Positions 10,396 to 17,636 of a DNA stretch of 46,677 bases are shown one piece after another. The notes below the pieces were generated by a model. The model did not search any database and had not been told where the DNA came from. It saw nothing but the letters and a program-made list of their open reading frames with translations. The DNA lies in IMG/VR virus record IMGVR_UViG_3300025114_000005, positions 1 through 46,677 of that record; one strand, given 5' to 3'. Numbering within the stretch: the stretch's first letter is position 1; each line of letters opens with the position of its first letter. Both the position numbers and the translations under genes were made by a program. Origin of the DNA: a virus. Taxonomy: Duplodnaviria > Caudoviricetes.

Positions 10396-10416
10396 GTAGT
10401 AATGCCCTATCTGGCA

Positions 10417-10716
10417 TTACTCATATCTTCCAGCCATAAGCCAGAAACCTGTTGATATTCTAGAACCAGACGTATTATTCATATATTGCCAACAATCGAG
10501 CCTATAGTCACTGCGGTAAGACCCATTATCAAGGTTGCCGTTATACTCCATGGATGCTGCGAAGTTCCTTGTTGCAGGGGTGGAAACAGGGATATTGGGA
10601 AAACGGCTGACATCTTGCTTCTCTATCCAGTGAGTTTCACCGTTTTTGCTCTTTTCTCTCGTTAAGCTGTCGGTGTATCCCGAACCATTCAACGACCCTG
10701 TGGTAATGTTCTTCAC
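10417..10716 (-). CDS. hypothetical protein (doubtful)
   Basis: GTG-start ORF filling the gap. Overlaps the upstream gene by 80 nt and has no clear RBS. Confidence 0.25.
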   Translation of the reverse strand: MKNITTGSLNGSGYTDSLTREKSKNGETHWIEKQDVSRFPNIPVSTPATRNFAASMEYNGNLDNGSYRSDYRLDCWQYMNNTSGSRISTGFWLMAGRYE

Positions 10717-10822
10717 GTCGCTTCTTTGCCATAAAACCTGTTATTTTTCTTATTTCTCCCCAAAGGACATCATAGTCTAATTTACCATTAGATTTAGCAT
10801 ATTTCTTATAATTATTTTCCAT
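10637..10822 (-). CDS. hypothetical protein, first gene of the late arm
   Basis: 61-aa ATG ORF with a protein-like charged helical composition, adjacent to the divergent intergenic region. Confidence 0.5.
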   Translation of the reverse strand: MENNYKKYAKSNGKLDYDVLWGEIRKITGFMAKKRREEHYHRVVEWFGIHRQLNERKEQKR

Positions 10823-11268
10823 ATAACGTGATAATTACGTTTTTAATAAGAACCAAAGCCTTGTTGGATATGACGTAATTATTAAGACATAATCTTCATT
10901 AAAAATATTTAATATGCAATAGCTATGATTTACTTTAAGCAAGAACCCCTATCCCCCTGCTGTGTACACAATTAACTAACAAGATCAAGTAATACTTTAC
11001 CTGGTGAGGAAAATCCCGTCGACAAATCCTAATTCTAGAAAAATATTTTAGAATGGGGGGACGAGATACACAATGCAAGACTCCCCATCTCGTTTCACTC
11101 GGTGGGGTCGAAACCTCGTTGAGGTTACGTTCAGAGCTCAGGATGGTTCGCTTCGCTCACCTTCGAGCTCTTCTCTTCGAACCGTCTGCTCTGCCCCCAT
11201 TCGTTGGGGTAGTTGCGTGACACACACGTGTGCGGACTACCCATAGGTGTAACTCAAGGAGATACAAC
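10823..11268. promoter_or_regulatory. divergent control region between late and early arms
   Basis: Strand switch point. The AT-rich left half has a 10-bp inverted repeat (10831-10840/10873-10882). The GC-rich right half has several hairpins. Confidence 0.65.
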
Positions 11269-11619
11269 ATGGCTACCAATAGTAACAAGGTAACGATTGG
11301 TGAGGTTCGACACTCACGTGTGGGTACAACTGACAATAAAGGAGACTTTATTGCTGAGTTGGACCGCAACAACAGACCTTTGCTAAGTGATAACATAGTT
11401 ACCACAGTAGCAAAGGACGCACCCCCGGCCAAGGCCAGGGTGAGTGCTTCTGCAATGCGTAAGCTTGCTCAGAAGCATAACCTTCCTAACATTGCGGAAG
11501 GCGTCGATTACGTGTTTACACGTACATTCGCCTTAGAAGCCCGCGACGGGCGTCCTGAGGCGAGATGGGACTTCTTCCGGCCTGTGTCGGAAGGTGACGT
11601 AAGCGAGCTATACTCATAG
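11269..11619 (+). CDS. hypothetical protein, first early gene (116 aa)
   Basis: Start moved from 11230 to the ATG at 11269, which follows AAGGAGATACAAC. Followed by terminator-like hairpins. Confidence 0.8.
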   Translation: MATNSNKVTIGEVRHSRVGTTDNKGDFIAELDRNNRPLLSDNIVTTVAKDAPPAKARVSASAMRKLAQKHNLPNIAEGVDYVFTRTFALEARDGRPEARWDFFRPVSEGDVSELYS

Positions 11620-11639
11620 CTCAGCTCTGTCGGTGAGTG

Positions 11640-11664
11640 AAGGGGGTTTCATACCCCCTTTATT
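11640..11664 (+). terminator. terminator-like hairpin
   Basis: AAGGGGGT-TTCAT-ACCCCCTT followed by TATT, about 20 nt after the stop at 11619. Confidence 0.55.
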
Positions 11665-11915
11665 ACACGGTTGGTAATAATCAGCCGAATAACTTACTTG
11701 TATTAACGGGGATGTACACCCCAGCTAACAGCTTAGATGAGCAACAGAATGAGGATAGCAATAAAGCTCCTCTAATACAAGTTGAAATTTCTATACTTCG
11801 ATTGGTCTTACACTCGGTGAGGATTTAAGTCATCCTCGTTAAAAGATGTGACTTTAAGATACGGACCCAATCAGAAAGGTAGAGAGCCTAATGTAAGATA
11901 GGGCTCTTATAACTT

Positions 11916-11994
11916 GGTAATCAACAGGTGTTGGTGGCGTGGTCAAATTTTCTAAGGAGGAACGGCTTCCAGTTCACCAACACTTGTGGTTATC
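11916..11994 (+). promoter_or_regulatory. long intergenic stem-loop
   Basis: GGTAATCAACAGGTGTTGGTG (11916-11936) pairs with CACCAACACTTGTGGTTATC (11975-11994), with GU pairs and one bulge. Confidence 0.6.
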
Positions 11995-12015
11995 TCATAA
12001 CAAGGGGATAATACT

Positions 12016-12432
12016 ATGACTACATTAGTATGGTTCTTAATAGGACTCATCTCAGGAGCAGTATTCATGTATATTGGTATGATGGTTGCAGACGCAGTCT
12101 ATGAACATACCAATTACAAGGATGCTTTTCGTGAAGATATAAACAAGGTAATGCAAGAGGCCTTGGAACAGTATAAGTCAATGACTCAACAAACTCTTGC
12201 TCAGTACATCTTGAAGGAGAACTTTAAGGATGAGCCTTTACCTGCAGAGGCTTATGATAAGGAGATGAAGGTAAGAGCAAGTATTAGACGTGCTAATTAC
12301 GATATTGAACGTGCTAATGCTGAGATACTAAAGAGCTCAAGGAAAATGCCTTCGTCTGTACCAGGTGGTACAGTGGATGAAGATTCTTCTACTTATGGTG
12401 ATCCGGATGATGGCAGTTGGAAGGACAGATAA
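12016..12432 (+). CDS. membrane-anchored hypothetical protein
   Basis: AAGGGG RBS, an N-terminal transmembrane helix, and a helical charged body. Confidence 0.75.
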   Translation: MTTLVWFLIGLISGAVFMYIGMMVADAVYEHTNYKDAFREDINKVMQEALEQYKSMTQQTLAQYILKENFKDEPLPAEAYDKEMKVRASIRRANYDIERANAEILKSSRKMPSSVPGGTVDEDSSTYGDPDDGSWKDR

Positions 12433-12671
12433 TGGCACAATCTAAGCATCATAGAGCCGACCAATCTGCCAGTGAATGGAAGAAGAATAGTAATAAGCGG
12501 AAGCACCACGAACACACCTCAATAAGTTTAGACGAGGATAGCAAGCAAAAGCAGGAAGAGAACGCAGCAAGAATGAAGCGTGCTATGAATAGTTCAGCCA
12601 CTGAAGGGATATTTACTGAAACAAATAATTCCTGGTGGGCGAAGTTTAAACAGAGGATGACTGCGAAATGA
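12432..12671 (+). CDS. hypothetical protein
   Basis: Start moved to the ATG at 12432 (TAATG overlap, AAGGA RBS). Confidence 0.65.
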   Translation: MAQSKHHRADQSASEWKKNSNKRKHHEHTSISLDEDSKQKQEENAARMKRAMNSSATEGIFTETNNSWWAKFKQRMTAK

Positions 12672-12856
12672 AGTTATCCAGTAAAACTGAGGAGTCAGGT
12701 GCTCCATTGGAGAAGACGATAGCGGCCATAGCTCGGATCGAGGCAAGACTCGACGAACTTATATCCTGCGAAATTGAGGCCGCGCAGCTTAGTGAAATGG
12801 ACAGACTGATAGAAACTGGTTGTTTACCGGTAGAAGCAGCTGAAGTATTGAACTAA
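12668..12856 (+). CDS. hypothetical protein
   Basis: ATGA overlap with the upstream gene; 62 aa, acidic and helical. Confidence 0.6.
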   Translation: MKLSSKTEESGAPLEKTIAAIARIEARLDELISCEIEAAQLSEMDRLIETGCLPVEAAEVLN

Positions 12857-12865
12857 GCCTATGCG

Positions 12866-12978
12866 AGGGCTGTAATTCCGCGGTTTTACAGCCCTTATAT
12901 TTAAGCTTGGTTGGTATGGGTACGGCTATATTCCGTAGTATAGTCCCTACTAACACATCTAGCGGACCAACTAAGCTT
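12866..12978 (+). promoter_or_regulatory. tandem intergenic hairpin plus long stem-loop
   Basis: Perfect 10-bp stem AGGGCTGTAA/TTACAGCCCT (12866-12895), then a 13-bp stem AAGCTTGGTTGGT/ACCAACTAAGCTT (12903-12978) enclosing the inner hairpin TACGG/CCGTA. Confidence 0.65.
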
Positions 12979-12999
12979 TTATTAATAGGAGGTACTCTC

Positions 13000-13542
13000 A
13001 TGATTAAGAAGTGCAATAGAGAGGACTGTCATATTACATACGAGACGACATGGCAAGGACCGCCATATCATAAAGAAAGGGAGGTGTTAGGAGTGTCTAA
13101 AAAGAAGAAGGCACGTATCACAATACCAAAACAGCGAGTATTTGCTACTATGGAGCAGGAGGAGGAGCTCAAGCAAGTACTCTTAAACGCGGGATATCCG
13201 ATAGAGGACATTGATATCAAGGTAGATGGTGTCCGAGTAGGATATTGGAATAGAGTGAACCAGGCAATTTTTGATGATATGAATAAGATCATTGAAATGG
13301 ACCCCTGGGATGCATTTGATGAAGATACTGGGGACAAGTGGTTCTATGCTTATGACCAAGAACCCAGTACTCCTGTAATTCCAATGTGTGAAATAAAGGT
13401 AACAGATGATAATTTTATATTATTTCTGAATTACCTATACCTGAAGAGGAATTTCACGACCTTGGGCATTATCCATGTTGTAGAGAAGCCTCATAAGTAC
13501 AAGCAGTACTTAGAGGATTATAATAAGGAGAATGTCGAATGA
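13000..13542 (+). CDS. hypothetical protein (180 aa)
   Basis: Start moved from 12907 to the ATG at 13000, after AGGAGG at 12987-12992. Confidence 0.7.
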   Translation: MIKKCNREDCHITYETTWQGPPYHKEREVLGVSKKKKARITIPKQRVFATMEQEEELKQVLLNAGYPIEDIDIKVDGVRVGYWNRVNQAIFDDMNKIIEMDPWDAFDEDTGDKWFYAYDQEPSTPVIPMCEIKVTDDNFILFLNYLYLKRNFTTLGIIHVVEKPHKYKQYLEDYNKENVE

Positions 13543-13745
13543 AATGGGTATTCTTAGCTCTTTTAACATTTATTCCGGTGATTATCGGATTAATAATGAC
13601 GTTGAAAGAGTTAAAACGACTCAGAGGATCAAGAGATGAATGGAGAAATGATGCTTTAAAGCTGAACAAAATTGTGAGACAGCTTGAAGGGCTTAAATCC
13701 ATTGTCTACTCTGGGCGAAAAGGTAAGAAATATGAGAAGGAATAA
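13539..13745 (+). CDS. small membrane protein with coiled coil
   Basis: AAGGAG RBS, ATGA overlap, and an N-terminal transmembrane helix. Confidence 0.65.
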   Translation: MKWVFLALLTFIPVIIGLIMTLKELKRLRGSRDEWRNDALKLNKIVRQLEGLKSIVYSGRKGKKYEKE

Positions 13746-14109
13746 TAAGCTCTATGTAATAGAGCCATACCGTTATAGTGGAATGTGGGTATTTGATGAT
13801 CCAGATGTGGGTCTTATCAAAGAAGCATTCGTCGCCGGGGCTGATACCTTGATGGATAGAATAGAAGACGAGTATGGAGAGAACTTTACTCTCATATTTT
13901 CTGACTCACAATTTCCTAACTGGAGTGTAAACCTGAAGAAGATGACTTGGGCGAATTTGAACAATACAATAGGCAGTGGTACTTATTATTATGTACCAAG
14001 GTATAAGCTCAAAGCTTGGCTTTGTGATGCTTTGTCATTGTATTTTAAAAGGCCACCGAAGAACATCTATGCACAGGTTGTAACTCCTTCAACTAAAGGA
14101 GATGAGTAA
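13732..14109 (+). CDS. DUF6717-like hypothetical protein
   Basis: YVIEPYRYSGMWVFDDPDVGLIKEAFVAGAD...WLCDALSLYF matches my recollection of this family. Start set at ATG 13732. Confidence 0.65.
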   Translation: MRRNNKLYVIEPYRYSGMWVFDDPDVGLIKEAFVAGADTLMDRIEDEYGENFTLIFSDSQFPNWSVNLKKMTWANLNNTIGSGTYYYVPRYKLKAWLCDALSLYFKRPPKNIYAQVVTPSTKGDE

Positions 14110-14573
14110 TGGAATCAGCTACTCATAGTTTCACAAAGTGGTTTGCTAAAGGCAGCGAGCTCAATAGCTATGTTAGTACCCTCATGGAGGATACTTCTGG
14201 CAGTGCTCTTGTAACAGTAAGCCAGTTTCCTGGATTCCAGTGTATAAATATTGTACATAAAATGGAAGCCCAGGAAGCGGTAATAACAGAAGAAAAGGTA
14301 CCTGTGGTACCAGAAGTGTTGGTCGATGGTCGACACTCTCCTAATCATTTTGCCCATACAAATAGGGAAAAGAAGTTAGAAGAGACAACGGCTATTATCC
14401 GGCACTTGACAAAGAATGGGCAATTAAGCACATTCGATTTAGCGAAGATAATCGGCTGTCATTACACAACCGTATATCAGTGGGCTGCAGGTAATGCAGT
14501 ACCACATCCGGCGCATCAACAGTCACTGGCACAGCTAGTTGCGTCGTTTGGTAATATTGCCAGTAAACAGTAA
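14109..14573 (+). CDS. XRE/Cro-type helix-turn-helix protein
   Basis: C-terminal LSTFDLAKIIGCHYTTVYQWAAGNAVP. AAGGAG RBS and TAATG coupling. Confidence 0.75.
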   Translation: MESATHSFTKWFAKGSELNSYVSTLMEDTSGSALVTVSQFPGFQCINIVHKMEAQEAVITEEKVPVVPEVLVDGRHSPNHFAHTNREKKLEETTAIIRHLTKNGQLSTFDLAKIIGCHYTTVYQWAAGNAVPHPAHQQSLAQLVASFGNIASKQ

Positions 14574-14585
14574 GGAGGACTCCTT

Positions 14586-14795
14586 ATGGCCAACATAATG
14601 TACACTAGTTTTCATACTGGTGGCCAGTTAGCTGAAATGGAAGCTAACACTCCCGCGGAGATTGCACAATCGAACAGTCTCCCATTGGAAGGCGTGGCTA
14701 TTTTTGTTAATGATAACGAGGCTGTTCCCTCAGCAGTGCTGAGAGACGGTGATCTCGTATCGTTTCAGAAAAAGTCAACGAAGTCCGGGGACTAA
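14586..14795 (+). CDS. ubiquitin-like beta-grasp protein (ThiS/MoaD-like)
   Basis: 69 aa with AGGAGG RBS. TPAEIAQ helix, AIFVND strand, VLRDGDLVSF terminal strand, and a C-terminal tail KSTKSG-D. Confidence 0.85.
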   Translation: MANIMYTSFHTGGQLAEMEANTPAEIAQSNSLPLEGVAIFVNDNEAVPSAVLRDGDLVSFQKKSTKSGD

Positions 14796-14815
14796 CCACT
14801 TCGATTTGAACTGTG

Positions 14816-14927
14816 ATGCTTAGAGGGATACTGAACGAAGGGTATACCGTGCAAATCTTGGCCCATCTATACATATCTAGATGGATTCCCCAATGATTGA
14901 GGTGAGTATTTAAACAACCTCTAGCAT
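14816..14927 (+). ncRNA. candidate structured cis RNA between Ubl and E2 genes
   Basis: Nested stems: ATGCT(T)AGAGG/CCTCTAGCAT, ATACT/AGTAT, AATCTTGG/CCAA(T)GATT and CCATCTA/TAGATGG. Confidence 0.5.
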
Positions 14928-14941
14928 TTAGTTAAGGAGGA

Positions 14942-16930
14942 ATGATGGAAAAGCATAATACTAAGTTAGGTTCAACATTTAGGAATGTTGAAACAATGAC
15001 TATACATAATAATACACCGTATAGACATTATCCTGATGAAGATCAGGGACCATTTCGTAGTGTTGAAGTACCAGTACATAACATGATGTTATATTTCTTT
15101 CCTGGTATTGAAAATGGCAGAACATTAGATCAACAATTACTTGAAGTAAATGCAGTAAAGGCTTTGCTTGGTATTGATGATTGGAATGATACAAGTAAAA
15201 TAAGAGTATTCTTTACTTCTCAGCGTGTTCCCGTGGGAAATGCCGGAGCAGATGCACAATATGAAAATATTGAGAGGTCTGATGATGGTAAAAGATATAT
15301 TCATGTGACTGTTCCAAGGATAATGCAGTTAAATCTTGGAACCCCGAAGATGAGAGGACGAAGAGTGTATAGATTTGGGGAAACCTGGGTTGAATTACGC
15401 ATGAGTCCAGATTTACAGGCTGTTGTAAGACATAGAAGAGCAGTAGCTGATAGCAATACTGCTAGAGTTTCATTTGTACAACCAAGGACGCATACTCTGT
15501 TTATGACTGATGAGGATTTGGAATTAAGATGTCCTGGTCAGCCCTTTACATCAACCGATGATAAAGAGGGTAGAAAATTCATGGACTTGGCTATACATCC
15601 TCATATAAGCAATGGAAATGCTTGTTGGGGAGATAGAGAAGGACAGATGAATAACTCTCAATACAAAGGTCAGATAACTGATTTTCTTGGTGGTTGTAAA
15701 CAATTTATAAGCATCTGGAATAGAAATGGTGCTTATTGGGACATAAACCAGACTTGGAGATCAATGGAAAGTCAAGGTGGAACACTTAGAGATATGAAAC
15801 TTGACGATTACATTATTCTGCAAGGAGCTCATCAAGGACGTATACGTGATCATGATGATGGCGATCATATAATACCTGATGAAGTATTGACCGGTATTAG
15901 ATGTATGAGTACAGTATGGATACCTCTTGTAAAACGTGTAGCAGAGTATACTAAGCTTACTACGCTTGAAGCAAGTCAGCTCATTGGTTCTATGATGTAT
16001 GATATGGATGTTACATGGAATGATACTATTAGACATGCACTGAATATTGAAGGAATACAAAGGGCAGTCAATGAATGGCAAGAAATGTTTCCAAATTTTC
16101 GTATAAATGGATTTGGTAGTGATGCATGTCATAACGATGATTGCTTAGGCAATATACGACTTGATCTTCTTGATTCAATTGCTAATGGCAGTTGTAACGA
16201 TATAAGACATAAAAGTGAGATTGGTAAATATATTGATTACCAAGATGATGTTCCTGGTGCAACTGAACTTAGGATATATCAGACAGTTGGCCCTATGGGC
16301 AATGCATATCTCAGAATGGAAAATGCACAATATTGGCTGAGTAGTATCCAGCAGATTCAAGTTGAGTGGGCATGTTATTGTATTCGTGCCATGACAGACA
16401 GAGATTGGAGAAGATATCTTAAATTATCCAGGGAATGGAAGTACCGGGTAAATGGATATAGAGACATCATGTGTGAAACTGATGATGGTTTAACGCCTTA
16501 TTTAGAAAAGATAGAATGGTATATGCAAACTGATTGGTTCTTTAATAACCTGAAAAAGTGTTTAACACTTCTATCAGGGGGAATAACTAGTTTTGCAAGA
16601 CAGGCTGGCTTTACTACTTATGAAGGGCATGAATTTAAATCGTTTGCACTTGATATTAATATCAAGAAGGTAAAGGTTGACAAGAAACGTTTAGGTTACA
16701 GAAGATTTAGTACATTGTTTCCAGAAGAAATATATCTGGATAGTGCTATTAAACTTTTGCATCTTAATGGCTATAGAACATATCTTGAGAACCTTGTTCG
16801 CGAAACCGAGAAAACAAGGAGGAAAATTCGTGAAATTACAATTAACGATACCACTAGAGATGCACCACAAGGTGAGATATTTGTTGAGCCGTTTTCCGAA
16901 GATGGAATGGAGCGGGCCAGCGTGGTATAA
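14942..16930 (+). CDS. prokaryotic E2-like (Ubl-conjugating) domain protein with long C-terminal extension
   Basis: HPHISNGNACWG (Cys228, codon 15623-15625) matches the E2 signature HPN(I/V)-x4-5-(I/V)C. Lies between the Ubl and JAB genes. AAGGAGG RBS. Confidence 0.7.
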   Translation: MMEKHNTKLGSTFRNVETMTIHNNTPYRHYPDEDQGPFRSVEVPVHNMMLYFFPGIENGRTLDQQLLEVNAVKALLGIDDWNDTSKIRVFFTSQRVPVGNAGADAQYENIERSDDGKRYIHVTVPRIMQLNLGTPKMRGRRVYRFGETWVELRMSPDLQAVVRHRRAVADSNTARVSFVQPRTHTLFMTDEDLELRCPGQPFTSTDDKEGRKFMDLAIHPHISNGNACWGDREGQMNNSQYKGQITDFLGGCKQFISIWNRNGAYWDINQTWRSMESQGGTLRDMKLDDYIILQGAHQGRIRDHDDGDHIIPDEVLTGIRCMSTVWIPLVKRVAEYTKLTTLEASQLIGSMMYDMDVTWNDTIRHALNIEGIQRAVNEWQEMFPNFRINGFGSDACHNDDCLGNIRLDLLDSIANGSCNDIRHKSEIGKYIDYQDDVPGATELRIYQTVGPMGNAYLRMENAQYWLSSIQQIQVEWACYCIRAMTDRDWRRYLKLSREWKYRVNGYRDIMCETDDGLTPYLEKIEWYMQTDWFFNNLKKCLTLLSGGITSFARQAGFTTYEGHEFKSFALDINIKKVKVDKKRLGYRRFSTLFPEEIYLDSAIKLLHLNGYRTYLENLVRETEKTRRKIREITINDTTRDAPQGEIFVEPFSEDGMERASVV

Positions 16931-17636
16931 CTTTAAGCTGTTAAAAAGTGGGTATCCAAAGAGTGTTGAGCTGAAACATTTTCAGCCGTTAGACCTTGGT
17001 AGTAGTGCAGCTACTGAGTATGAGGCAAAGGATTTAGCAAAAATCTTGAAGAAGACGCTAGAGACCATGCCTGAACTTGGTAGATGTATGATGGGACTAA
17101 TTCATAGCCATCATAATATGAGTGCATACCATAGTGGTACTGATGATGATACTCTTAAGGAAATGGCTCCGGTGAAAGGATTTTACGGGAGTTTAGTTGT
17201 CAGCCATGACAATGACTATGCCTTTGAGTTCAGTTATAAGGATCAGTATGGATTTCCACGGGCGTCTGAAGTAGACAAAATTGTTTATGAAGAGCCGGTG
17301 TTTGATCAGAATACTATCTGGAAGAAAGAAGCTGATACTATTCAAAAGGCTAGTAAGAAGGCTAAAGCTCTTGAAGCTAAAAAGACCCCTCAACGGACTA
17401 TACCTTGGGGTGGTCATTATGACGGCTATGGTAGGTATAACAACTATAATAGTTATAACTATTCTGATGGAATGTCTAAGAGCTTAACATGGGCTGAAAT
17501 GCAAGCAGTTGATGATGTCTATGAAGAGTTTGAAACTGGAAAGTTGACAAAAGGAAAATTCGATGCTGAAATGAAAAAGTATGGGATTGACCCGCTCAAG
17601 TATTTCCTAGGAGAGCCTAGTGGACCAGCCGAATAG
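16830..17636 (+). CDS. JAB/JAMM (MPN+) metallo-isopeptidase
   Basis: Catalytic Glu in MEWSG and JAMM motif IHSHHNMSAYHSGTD (H-x-H-x7-S-x2-D). Start moved to GTG 16830, after AGGAGG at 16817-16822. Confidence 0.88.
   Translation: MKLQLTIPLEMHHKVRYLLSRFPKMEWSGPAWYNFKLLKSGYPKSVELKHFQPLDLGSSAATEYEAKDLAKILKKTLETMPELGRCMMGLIHSHHNMSAYHSGTDDDTLKEMAPVKGFYGSLVVSHDNDYAFEFSYKDQYGFPRASEVDKIVYEEPVFDQNTIWKKEADTIQKASKKAKALEAKKTPQRTIPWGGHYDGYGRYNNYNSYNYSDGMSKSLTWAEMQAVDDVYEEFETGKLTKGKFDAEMKKYGIDPLKYFLGEPSGPAE

Noticed and set aside
10880-10925. Sigma70 promoter for the late arm (TTGCAT-17-AAGATT on minus strand)
   Set aside because: The -10 element is weak in very AT-rich DNA, so a chance match is likely.
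11637-11828. 63-aa GTG ORF
   Set aside because: No clear RBS, it starts inside a terminator-like hairpin, and the region is better explained as structured RNA.
12907-12999. N-terminal extension of ORF 12907..13542
   Set aside because: It coincides with the stem-loop. AGGAGG points to the ATG at 13000.
14796-14941. Hammerhead ribozyme or known riboswitch
   Set aside because: No CUGANGA/GAAA core in the right arrangement, and no aptamer consensus I can match.
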